Shown in pieces: positions 9,438 through 17,925 of a DNA stretch of 64,000 bases. Below the pieces are notes generated by a model. The model searched no databases. It had not been told where the DNA came from and worked only from the letters and a program-made list of their open reading frames with translations. Origin of the DNA: Lachnospiraceae bacterium UBA1729 (GTDB lineage: Bacteria; Bacillota; Clostridia; Lachnospirales; Lachnospiraceae); contig DCIJ01000078.1 of the NCBI GenBank assembly GCA_002315945.1, forward strand, positions 1,884 to 65,883, written 5' to 3'. The position numbers and the translations under genes were made by a program. Within the stretch, counting starts at the first letter, position 1; each line of letters starts with the position of its first letter.

Positions 9438-10646
9438 TTAAATTGTCGTTTTTTCCTCAAAAGCATCCCTGATTCTATCCAGTGCCTCTGTAAGAACTGC
9501 CCTTGGGCAGGCTACATTAATCCGTTGGAATCCTTTTCCCACATCTCCAAAAATTGATCCACTGTCAAGCCACAGTCCAGCCTTGTGAATTATGAGATCA
9601 TCTATCTGTCTGTCACTGAGTCCATATTTACCAAAATCAAGCCATATCATGTAGGTTCCCTCAGGCTTTTTAAATACAACCTTTGGAAGATGTGTCTTTA
9701 TATATTCTTCAGCAAAATCAATATTTGCTTTAATATACCTGCTTACAGCTTCATACCATTCCTGTCCATGATCATATGCCGCCTGACTGGCAATGATGCC
9801 GGCAGCATTCAGCTGGCTGTAGCCAGAGGCATTATATGCTTTTCTGAACTTAGTATATATTTCCCTGTTAGGAATAAAAATGTTAGAAACCTGCAGCCCT
9901 GCAATATTAAAAGTCTTGCTGGGAGAGGTCGCTGTAATTGAAATTTTAGCATATGCCTCATCAAGCTTGGCAAACACCTGGTGATTGCCAGACCAGACAA
10001 AATCTGCGTGTATCTCATCGGAAAATACTATAACACCATGCTTAACACAGATATCCCCTATTTTTATTAATTCTTCTTTTGTCCATACTCTTCCAACAGG
10101 GTTATGAGGATTACACAAAAGAAAGAGTTTAACTTTGTTTTCAACTATTTTTCTTTCAAAATCTTCAAAATCAATTGTGTAATATCCGTTTCCATCATTT
10201 ACCAGATCACTGCTGATAAGTGTTCTTTCATTATCATTGATAACTTCGCTGAAAGGATAATATACCGGCTGCTGGATAAGTATTGCATCACCCTTCTTTG
10301 TAACTGCCCTCACAGCAGTTGCAATGGCAAATACCACTCCCGGAGTCTTGTGAAACCAGCTCTTGTGCACATCCCACCCATAATGATTATTTATCCATCT
10401 GTGAACACTCTCAAAATAATCGTCATCCACTTCTGTATATCCATAGATAGCATGTTGCGCCTGCTTAACAAGGGCATCTTCTATATATGAGGACGTCTTA
10501 AAGTCCATGTCGGCAACCCACAACGGAAGCACTCCCTCCGGGAGTCCCCTCTTTTTTGCAAAATCATATTTGAGGCATTTAGTGCCTTTTCTATCAATTA
10601 AGCTGTCAAAATTCAGATTTCTTTCTGCCATATTACTCACCAACAC
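9438..10646 (-). CDS. patB: MalY/PatB-family PLP-dependent C-S lyase (cystathionine beta-lyase type, aminotransferase class I/II)
   Basis: 402 aa. Starts with NFDSLIDRKGTKCLKYD, and SPSKTFNIAG contains the PLP lysine. Confidence 0.8.
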   Translation of the reverse strand: MLVSNMAERNLNFDSLIDRKGTKCLKYDFAKKRGLPEGVLPLWVADMDFKTSSYIEDALVKQAQHAIYGYTEVDDDYFESVHRWINNHYGWDVHKSWFHKTPGVVFAIATAVRAVTKKGDAILIQQPVYYPFSEVINDNERTLISSDLVNDGNGYYTIDFEDFERKIVENKVKLFLLCNPHNPVGRVWTKEELIKIGDICVKHGVIVFSDEIHADFVWSGNHQVFAKLDEAYAKISITATSPSKTFNIAGLQVSNIFIPNREIYTKFRKAYNASGYSQLNAAGIIASQAAYDHGQEWYEAVSRYIKANIDFAEEYIKTHLPKVVFKKPEGTYMIWLDFGKYGLSDRQIDDLIIHKAGLWLDSGSIFGDVGKGFQRINVACPRAVLTEALDRIRDAFEEKTTI

Positions 10647-10658
10647 TTCTTTTTTATT

Positions 10659-11828
10659 CTATCCATTAAAGGCCTGGTCTAAATCGCTAATCAGGTCATC
10701 AATATTTTCTATTCCAACTGACATCCTCAGTGTTCTCTCTGTCAGACCACTTTTTTCAAGCTGCTCCTTTGGTACATCTGCATGGGTCTGTGTAATGGGA
10801 TATGTTAGCAGGGACTCAGTTCCTCCAAGACTTTCAGCATATTGGACCAGTCTGATTTTTTCTAATATTCTCCTGACACTTTCCACACTGTCTACATCAA
10901 ATGCCAGCATTGCACCGGCACCCCTTGCCTGTTTTTTATTAAGCTCATATCCGGGATGTTCCTGAAGCCCCGGATAGATAACCCTTTTAACAATTTTCTG
11001 ATTTTTTAACCAGTTTGCAAGCTTCAAAGCATTCTCCTGCGCCCTGTCCAGTCTTACAGCCAGTGTCTGAATGCCTCTGATTACGAGCCAGCTGTCAAAG
11101 GGAGACAGATTTGCACCTACAGTTTTATAAGCAAACCTGAGTTTTTCTGAAATAGCTTCATCCCTCACAATTGTGAATCCGGATAAGGTATCATTGTGTC
11201 CTGAAAGATATTTTGTTCCACTGTGAATAACAATATCTGCCCCTAAATCCAGAGGATTCTGAAGATATGGAGACATAAATGTATTGTCCACTATGAGAAT
11301 AGCATTATTCTCGTGGGCTATTTTTGCTGTTTTTTCAATATCCGTGATATTCATTAGTGGATTCGTGGGAGTCTCGATAAAGAGTGCTTTTGTATTGCTC
11401 TTAATATATTTCGTAACATCCTCTTTACTGAAATCAATATAGCTGAATTCAATTCCGTTCTTTTCACTTATAGTTCTAAAAAGTCGTGTTGTTCCACCAT
11501 AGATATCCACATCAACAATTAAATGGTCCCCTGAATTAAACAGTTCCATTGTATTGGAAATTGCAGCCATTCCGCAGGAAAACGCGATTGCGTCTGTTCC
11601 ATGCTCAAGAGATGCTACTATTTTTTCCAATTGCTCCCGTGTAGGATTCTGAACCCTGGTATAGTCATAACCTGTACTCTGTCCCAGACCAGGATGCGCA
11701 AATGTAGCTGTCTGATAGATTGGCACGCTGATTGCCCCAAATCGCGCCTCCTTATTATCACGCTCCAAATGTATACATCGACTTTCTATTGCTAACGATT
11801 TACTCATATTTGTCTCCCCTTTTTCCAC
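10659..11828 (-). CDS. Cys/Met-metabolism PLP-dependent enzyme (cystathionine gamma-synthase / gamma-lyase / methionine gamma-lyase family)
   Basis: 389 aa. NPTREQLE, SGTKYLSGHND and SLGGTESL. Second member of this family in the cluster. Confidence 0.85.
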   Translation of the reverse strand: MEKGETNMSKSLAIESRCIHLERDNKEARFGAISVPIYQTATFAHPGLGQSTGYDYTRVQNPTREQLEKIVASLEHGTDAIAFSCGMAAISNTMELFNSGDHLIVDVDIYGGTTRLFRTISEKNGIEFSYIDFSKEDVTKYIKSNTKALFIETPTNPLMNITDIEKTAKIAHENNAILIVDNTFMSPYLQNPLDLGADIVIHSGTKYLSGHNDTLSGFTIVRDEAISEKLRFAYKTVGANLSPFDSWLVIRGIQTLAVRLDRAQENALKLANWLKNQKIVKRVIYPGLQEHPGYELNKKQARGAGAMLAFDVDSVESVRRILEKIRLVQYAESLGGTESLLTYPITQTHADVPKEQLEKSGLTERTLRMSVGIENIDDLISDLDQAFNG

Positions 11829-11937
11829 TGACCCGTCAATATTATCGTCTCCGGATAAATTAGCAATAGTATATATAATTCAGACCACTTTGGATAATAT
11901 GCTCTTGTTATGATTCGCTATAACCTGGGCCTATAAA

Positions 11938-12005
11938 TGAACCCGGGGGACGGGGTTGGGGGGTCAAAAAAGTGAACCCGGGGGACGGGGTTCTAGGTTC
12001 ATTTT
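11938..12005. repeat. REP-like repeat family 1, two units in opposite orientation to 1-64
   Basis: TGAACCCGGGGGACGGGGTT at 11938-11957 and 11973-11993. Positions 11973-12005 are the exact reverse complement of 25-57 (33 nt). Confidence 0.9.
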
Positions 12006-12850
12006 GCTGAAAAAGATAATATGGTATACACAGTTGCGTCCCCGATGGCATTACCATAAGGATTCTCTAATTTACAGTATCCACCGCTTCTTTCTAAATC
12101 AAAGGATGGGGTGCAGTATACAACTTCAGCCATCACTGATTTGAAATTAATTTCATGTGTTACACGATCAACCTCAACTCTTAAATCAACACGCCTGTCT
12201 GCAATCTGCCCGCAATCATTTACGTTAGCCAGCAGGTTATGAAATACTGGGAAATCTCCCCGTAAAGTGTAAACATACACATCCAATGTATTATATGGAT
12301 TATTCCAGATATAAAGTGTCGCATCATCAAAATTAGTAGGCATCCCATTTGAAGCCAGTGTTCCAAGCAAGACCTCATAAGAATTTTGACATTTTCTTAC
12401 ATCTAATCCATAGGTTTTGTTGTAATCAATCGCTGTGCCCCCGGCATTGCTATATCCAGAAGGATATCTAATTGCACTTGCACTTTTACCTGCTGTAATA
12501 TTTGAAACAATTCTTTCAACAAAGTTCTCTGTATCGAGACCTGACCATCTGTTTGTCGTAAACTGCTCCACTTTAAATGTCTTTTTTTCTTTATATTTGT
12601 TCATAGCGACCGCTAAAATCGGATTTGTAAAATCATGAAATGAATATGGATCGTACATATTAATTGCAGTGGCATGTGCCAGTTCATCTTGAGAATTTTG
12701 TCCTAATTGTCCTACAGTTTCCGCTGCAAAAACCGTAATGGGTGCAAACAGAATCATATGCATGAAAGCTACTGCCACAACAAACCTCAACGTAGTAAAG
12801 ACTACGGTCCTTTTATTTTTTACCTGTCTTCCAATAATTGTGTATGCCAT
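11999..12850 (-). CDS. Hypothetical secreted or membrane-anchored protein
   Basis: 283-aa ORF with an N-terminal hydrophobic segment (VVAVAFMHMILFAPITVFAAE). I recognise no family. It is flanked on both sides by family-1 repeats, and its stop codon lies inside one. Confidence 0.55.
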   Translation of the reverse strand: MAYTIIGRQVKNKRTVVFTTLRFVVAVAFMHMILFAPITVFAAETVGQLGQNSQDELAHATAINMYDPYSFHDFTNPILAVAMNKYKEKKTFKVEQFTTNRWSGLDTENFVERIVSNITAGKSASAIRYPSGYSNAGGTAIDYNKTYGLDVRKCQNSYEVLLGTLASNGMPTNFDDATLYIWNNPYNTLDVYVYTLRGDFPVFHNLLANVNDCGQIADRRVDLRVEVDRVTHEINFKSVMAEVVYCTPSFDLERSGGYCKLENPYGNAIGDATVYTILSFSAK

Positions 12851-12965
12851 TGTATCTCCCTCTCTTTATGTCCATCGTTCTATTTACTATTACCCAATAA
12901 AAAAGTCGGGCAAAAGTGCCAACCAGGCTTTATTTTATCACAATCTATTATTCTTGCCGAGATAA

Positions 12966-13040
12966 TGACCCCAGGGGACGGGGTTCTAGGGTCAAAAAAG
13001 TGAACCACTAACCCCGTCCCCCTGGTTCACCCTGGTTCAC
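12966..13040. repeat. REP-like repeat family 1, inverted pair plus 10-nt tandem tail
   Basis: CCAGGGGACGGGGTT (12970-12984) pairs with AACCCCGTCCCCCTGG (13010-13025). CCCTGGTTCA is then repeated twice. Confidence 0.85.
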
Positions 13041-14816
13041 ATATATGGTGTATTGCTCATCGGTGACTTCATATAATGGGAGGAATATAGTTTCCCTATT
13101 GCCAGAGTATGCTCTGTAGCTTGACTGCTTCCATGGATAGGCCTCATAGGTATGCTCTACAAATGGGGTTAAGGCTTCATCAATTGACCTTCCTTCCAAA
13201 GAGAACTCTTTTCCTTCTTCTCCAACGGCCGCCAATGCGATTGGTCCGTCCAAAATTGCACATATACCCTTATTATCAGAAAGCGACTTGGTGGACAGGC
13301 TTGCCACAAAGCCGACAGCCAGATCTTTGTTCTCGAATTTTTCCTTTATCACGTAATAATCTGAGCTTACAGTATGCAGCACACCATCAATTAGTATTTT
13401 TCCATCTGACCAGGAAGGTATTCTGATTTGTAAGGTAATCTCTTCCTCGGAATTTACTTTTATTAAAAAATTCCATCTGGACTTAGCCCTGTGCCCATTT
13501 TCTTCTCCAAACAGTGCCCCCGAACAGTAGTCCATATTTACCTCAGTAGAGACTGACACCTTTTTCCCATTCATTTCAAAGGCAGCTGATGAGTTAATAA
13601 ACTGATCAATTGACACCAGTTTTTTTTCTTCATCCTTATAATATATCAGTGATGGATAAATAGTCTGGGCCTGGACCATGGTACCATAGCAGCACCAGAA
13701 GGATCTTGTTCTGGTTCCCCATACCTTTCTGCTTCCAGGTCTCATTGGGAGAAAATATGTGGGCATTCCGGTAAATTTATTCTGCTGAACAAGGAAAGCA
13801 TTATACAGCGTTCTTTCTATATAATCACTGTATTCCCGTTCGCCTGTAAAACGATACAGATACTCTGCCAGTCTGACCATGTTGTACATAGTACAAAACT
13901 CCTGAGTTCTGTCGCTCATGGACTGATAGAACTGATGGGGTGGAATCCAGAATTCTCCGGCATTTTGTCCACCAGTCGCATAGGCTTCTCTATCATATAC
14001 AGCCTGCTTCCAGAATTCTTTTGTGATTTCCAACCATCTAGTATCGTTAGTCACTTCATACATGCAGGCTGCCCCATGGGCTTCAGGAATTGATGCATTT
14101 GTATGATTATCAGTCAGGGCATCTTCCCCCTTTTCAAGAAGAGCAAAATCCTTGTATATGCTATAGGCGTTAGCCAGCTTCAGATATTTCGCATCCTTTG
14201 TAAGCCCGTACAATCTTGCCCAGATTTCCAGCATTCCTCCTGCTTCACCCTTGACAACAACCCCTGGCTTGTCAGCAAGACTGTCAACCCAGTCAATATA
14301 CCAGTCAGCCGCATTATTTAAAATCTCCAGCGCCACTTCATAGCCTGTCCACTCATAGGTATCCAGCAGCCCCATCAGCGTCTTGTGCAGGGTATACTGG
14401 GGCGACCAGATGTAATCACCGTTTTCAAGACGTCTGAAATATTTTTCTGGAATTGAACCAATCCATTTGCCACCATTATTTTCCTGACATATTTTTAACT
14501 CATCAACAATGGTAAAAAGCTTGGCCTCCAGCTCCCTATCTTTGTTAGAAGCAGACAGATGAGCAGCCGCTGACATCCAGTGCCCCAGAAAATGTCCCCT
14601 CAGCTGGCAGGTTGGAGATTCCCAGCCCCAATGGACATAGGCATCCTCCGGATCCCCGATAAACTGCAGATTTGGAAGCATAATGCCTGCCTCCAGATAG
14701 AAATTTTGCAAAAGGGCTCTGTTATCCAGTTCCATTAGATAGTCCCTGTTTATTGCTTCTCTTTCTTTGAACAAACCGTTGGTTAATCTTACTTCTGAAA
14801 TTTTTAGTGCCTCCAT
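13008..14816 (-). CDS. GH127-like (DUF1680) beta-L-arabinofuranosidase family glycoside hydrolase
   Basis: Starts with LFKEREAINRDYLMELDNRALLQNFYLEAG and carries the WCCYGT Cys pair. The start is set at the ATG ending at 14816, preceded by GAGGAGGAAAAAT. The last 10 codons (VNQGEPGGRG) are repeat-encoded. Confidence 0.75.
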   Translation of the reverse strand: MEALKISEVRLTNGLFKEREAINRDYLMELDNRALLQNFYLEAGIMLPNLQFIGDPEDAYVHWGWESPTCQLRGHFLGHWMSAAAHLSASNKDRELEAKLFTIVDELKICQENNGGKWIGSIPEKYFRRLENGDYIWSPQYTLHKTLMGLLDTYEWTGYEVALEILNNAADWYIDWVDSLADKPGVVVKGEAGGMLEIWARLYGLTKDAKYLKLANAYSIYKDFALLEKGEDALTDNHTNASIPEAHGAACMYEVTNDTRWLEITKEFWKQAVYDREAYATGGQNAGEFWIPPHQFYQSMSDRTQEFCTMYNMVRLAEYLYRFTGEREYSDYIERTLYNAFLVQQNKFTGMPTYFLPMRPGSRKVWGTRTRSFWCCYGTMVQAQTIYPSLIYYKDEEKKLVSIDQFINSSAAFEMNGKKVSVSTEVNMDYCSGALFGEENGHRAKSRWNFLIKVNSEEEITLQIRIPSWSDGKILIDGVLHTVSSDYYVIKEKFENKDLAVGFVASLSTKSLSDNKGICAILDGPIALAAVGEEGKEFSLEGRSIDEALTPFVEHTYEAYPWKQSSYRAYSGNRETIFLPLYEVTDEQYTIYVNQGEPGGRG

Positions 14817-15046
14817 ATTTTTCCTCCTCATGGTTTCTATCAACAAATACTTTTTAATTTTTGAAAAAAATAGTAATTTTTATATTACATGTAATATAAT
14901 CTAATAATAGCCTGTAAAAAATGGCATTTTTTAATTATTATATGTAAAAAAGTCGTCTGAACTAAATACTATGCGTTAAATATGCGTATTGAAAATATAT
15001 TCTAAAAAAAGTTCTAAATTTGAGTGATAATTTGGAGGATATTATT

Positions 15047-15859
15047 GTGAATGAAATTGTTCTCACCGATCTGGATGGGGTTTTTGTGGAACAGATAGAT
15101 CTGCTTACCGCCAATGTCCCCTTTTTTCATGTGGACAGAATTGCCAAAACCAATGTACTAATCTATGTGTTGTCCGGGTGCATATATGTAACCGAGGAAG
15201 GAACTGACTATGCCATTAATCCTGGAGAAATGATTTTTTTAAAAAAGGGTACTCATCAATACGGTCACCGTCTTATCAAAGCGGAGACCTCCTGGATATA
15301 TGTGCACTTTCAAATTAATCAGATGGGAAATAGTGAAGCTTTCTCTGATACTTCTATTCAAAAGATTGTATTGCCCAAGAACATCAAGGAACTGGATAAA
15401 ACAGAGTTTCCTAAGGAGCTTAAGAATATTCTCAGGATTTCCAGTACCTCTAAGAAAATGAAGAACAGTCGTGTATCAACAGCTTTTCACAGATTTTTAT
15501 TAAATGTATATGATCAAAATGACACCGCTGCCAAGGATGGAATCACTGATCGTATTCTTAATTTTTTACAGGAACACATCCATGAAGACCTGTCTGCAGG
15601 CGATTTGGAAGATCATCTGCATCTGACATATAAATATCTTGTAAGAGTTTTTAAGAAGGATATCGGAATGGGGATAATGAAGTATCATAATATGCAAAGA
15701 ATATATGCTGCCGCCAGTGAACTTCGTTCAACCAGCAAATCTATATCTGAGGTCAGTGGGGAATTCGGCTTTGGCGACCCCCTGTATTTCAGCAAATGCT
15801 TCAAAAAACAGATGGCGATGTCCCCCAGAGAATATAGAAAAATTCAGTCGATATTTTGA
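15047..15859 (+). CDS. AraC family transcriptional regulator (cupin sensor plus HTH)
   Basis: C-terminal AraC HTH (SEVSGEFGFGDPLYFSKCFKKQMAMSPREYR). A GTG at 15047 lies 8 nt after GGAGG. The ORF-track start at 15020 is a TTG without an RBS. Confidence 0.8.
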   Translation: MNEIVLTDLDGVFVEQIDLLTANVPFFHVDRIAKTNVLIYVLSGCIYVTEEGTDYAINPGEMIFLKKGTHQYGHRLIKAETSWIYVHFQINQMGNSEAFSDTSIQKIVLPKNIKELDKTEFPKELKNILRISSTSKKMKNSRVSTAFHRFLLNVYDQNDTAAKDGITDRILNFLQEHIHEDLSAGDLEDHLHLTYKYLVRVFKKDIGMGIMKYHNMQRIYAAASELRSTSKSISEVSGEFGFGDPLYFSKCFKKQMAMSPREYRKIQSIF

Positions 15860-15988
15860 ACCAGGGGGACGGGGTTCTAGGGTCATTTTTGTGAGCTAGG
15901 GGGACGGGGTTGGGGGTTCATTTTTTGAAAAATGAACCCCCAACCCCGTCCCCCTAGCTCACCCTAGCTCACCCTAGCTCACTTTTGC
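15857..15988. repeat. REP-like family 1 cluster with a 27-bp perfect palindrome; probable bidirectional terminator
   Basis: GGGGGACGGGGTTGGGGGTTCATTTTT / AAAAATGAACCCCCAACCCCGTCCCCC (15898-15955). One extra unit at 15857-15877 and a 3x tandem ACCCTAGCTC. It lies between convergent genes. Confidence 0.85.
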
Positions 15989-16918
15989 TTATTCCTCTTC
16001 CAGCATTTTTATTACTGCAGTGTTAGCATAGGTAATCGGTGCATTATGAATAAAGAAAATGGTTCCATTTAACGGAGAATAAAGCGTCTCCAGGATTGTT
16101 CCCTCATAGGGATTGATGATATGGGCCAGAGGTGTTCCGGCTTCAACCTTGTCCCCTGCCTTGACTAACGCATCAAAAAATCCAGATTTTTCCGTTTTCA
16201 CTGAAATAAATTCTGCGTCATCAATAATTCTGATCTTTTTAGCTCCAATGGCACTGTATTTTATTACTCCATTGTTGGCCAGGAAATTCATTACCGACAG
16301 TACCGCCTGTCCGGCACCGGTATTACTGATACGTTCAGTTGTATTTGTATACAGAGAAAAAGCAATTGTATCCCAAACCTGCCAGTTGTAGTTAAGGGTC
16401 GCTGTATCATATGGTCTTACATTTCTCTCAACAATGTATTTCAGGCCAAATTTTTTAGCCTCCTCCTGTGTGGAGAACCCTTCCTTCATGTATCTGACAT
16501 GGGGGACAAAATCACCTGGCATATAAAAGGAAGTAAACTGGATTCCATATTTGTAATCCTTGATTTCATTAAATACGCCATCCGCAATACGCTGTGTGGT
16601 TTCCCCCAGATTGTATCCTGGAAACATTCTGTTAATATCAGTATTGTCTGTAGACCAGAAACGTTTTTGAATATTAACTGAATATGGATTAATTGATGGA
16701 ATAATCAGAATTTTATTGCCTTCAATAATTCTGTTTTCTTCCTCAAGCTGCTTCATTTTTTTTATAAGCTGGGAGCAGCAGTAAATCTGCTGTATCTCAT
16801 TTCCTCTTGAATTTCCAACAATACAGACAGTTTTTTCACCCTCGCCAAATTCATATCCGGTCACTCTGAAATCATCCCGGTACATTCCCTTTATCTCAAA
16901 GAGGACTCTCTTATTCAT
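15989..16918 (-). CDS. Succinylglutamate desuccinylase/aspartoacylase (M14-like) family protein, apparently degenerate active site
   Basis: 309-aa paralog of 16911-17864. It has GNSRGNE where the paralog has GIHGDE. It overlaps the upstream gene by 8 nt. Confidence 0.65.
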   Translation of the reverse strand: MNKRVLFEIKGMYRDDFRVTGYEFGEGEKTVCIVGNSRGNEIQQIYCCSQLIKKMKQLEEENRIIEGNKILIIPSINPYSVNIQKRFWSTDNTDINRMFPGYNLGETTQRIADGVFNEIKDYKYGIQFTSFYMPGDFVPHVRYMKEGFSTQEEAKKFGLKYIVERNVRPYDTATLNYNWQVWDTIAFSLYTNTTERISNTGAGQAVLSVMNFLANNGVIKYSAIGAKKIRIIDDAEFISVKTEKSGFFDALVKAGDKVEAGTPLAHIINPYEGTILETLYSPLNGTIFFIHNAPITYANTAVIKMLEEE

Positions 16919-17864
16919 ACTTGCAGACCTCCTCTTTTAATATGCGTCCCATTAATGAGCCTTCATCAACTATAGGAAAATCTCTTATGGTAAATAACAT
17001 GCCAGCCTGTGGCGCCCTGACTTCATCAAGTACCGTTCCGCACAGAGGATCAACAATCTTTCCAATCAGTTCGCCCTCCTTGAGTCTGGCTCCATGACTA
17101 ACCTCTGGGACAAACAGACCACTGGCAGTAGCATTCAGATAACTTACATCATCACCGTCCTGGGATATCATTGGTTCCCTGACCACCACCGGGTCACCAC
17201 TCCATATCCCAAGCTCCCTCATCAGGTTAAATATGCCCTCCACCATCTGGTTTCCGTATGCTTTGGTAATTCTCATTCCAACACCCATCTCTACCACCAG
17301 AACAGGAGTCCCAATACTGTTTAAGCTGTGGGCAAATGTAGATTCCAAAACCGTGCTGGCACCATGAACCCAAATAAAATCAACATTGGCGCATTTTGCC
17401 AGGGGAACAAGAAAATCCTTATGGAGTTCATTTATTCTGATTTGAGGTATCTCAGTCAGATAAATATTGCTGGCATGAATATCTACAACACAATCAGAGC
17501 CAGCCACATCCTTAACAATTCCAGCAGCCAGATATTCTGTCATATTTCCTTCAATATCACCAGGGAATAGCCTGTTCATGTCCAGATCAAATGCCGGAAT
17601 TCCTCTTGTGATGGAATCAATTCCCAATGGATTCATAGCTGGATATATATCAACAATTCCTGTAAGCTTATCTTTTTCCATTGCAATACGTCTTTGAAGT
17701 TCATAACAGACGTACTGTCCCTCCAGCTCATCACCATGTATTCCTGTAACTATACTGATTCGTTTCAAATGAGCTTCTTTTTTTCCATCAGGAATAATTC
17801 GGTTCTTTTTTATCATAAGTTTCTCATCAATAGGCAATCCTACCGATGCAACAACTTCAACCAT
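16911..17864 (-). CDS. Succinylglutamate desuccinylase/aspartoacylase (M14-like, COG3608-type) deacylase
   Basis: 317 aa. VTGIHGDELEG and VVDIHAS are zinc-ligand style motifs. Confidence 0.7.
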   Translation of the reverse strand: MVEVVASVGLPIDEKLMIKKNRIIPDGKKEAHLKRISIVTGIHGDELEGQYVCYELQRRIAMEKDKLTGIVDIYPAMNPLGIDSITRGIPAFDLDMNRLFPGDIEGNMTEYLAAGIVKDVAGSDCVVDIHASNIYLTEIPQIRINELHKDFLVPLAKCANVDFIWVHGASTVLESTFAHSLNSIGTPVLVVEMGVGMRITKAYGNQMVEGIFNLMRELGIWSGDPVVVREPMISQDGDDVSYLNATASGLFVPEVSHGARLKEGELIGKIVDPLCGTVLDEVRAPQAGMLFTIRDFPIVDEGSLMGRILKEEVCKYE

Positions 17865-17874
17865 GCTGTTCTCC

Positions 17875-17904
17875 CAAAATGAGCCTGGTCATACGCAGGC
17901 TCAT
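17875..17904 (-). promoter_or_regulatory. Intra-operon stem-loop (partial terminator or stabiliser) between the transglutaminase and deacylase genes
   Basis: Minus-strand hairpin AATGAGCCTG-cgtatgac-CAGGCTCATT followed by TTGGGAGAA, which contains the next RBS. Confidence 0.5.
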
Positions 17905-17925
17905 TAATTTTTCATTATTTTAATT

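Noticed and set aside
1-12005. The sulfur cluster as a composite transposon or genomic island.
   Set aside because: There is no transposase, integrase or recombinase in or next to it. The bracketing repeats belong to a family that is common at gene ends here. It is kept only as a low-confidence finding.
11956-12144. Short ORFs 11956-12144 and 15705-15899, which share the peptide PGGRGSR.
   Set aside because: The shared peptide is only the translation of the family-1 repeat core (GGGGGACGGGGTTC). These are not independent genes.
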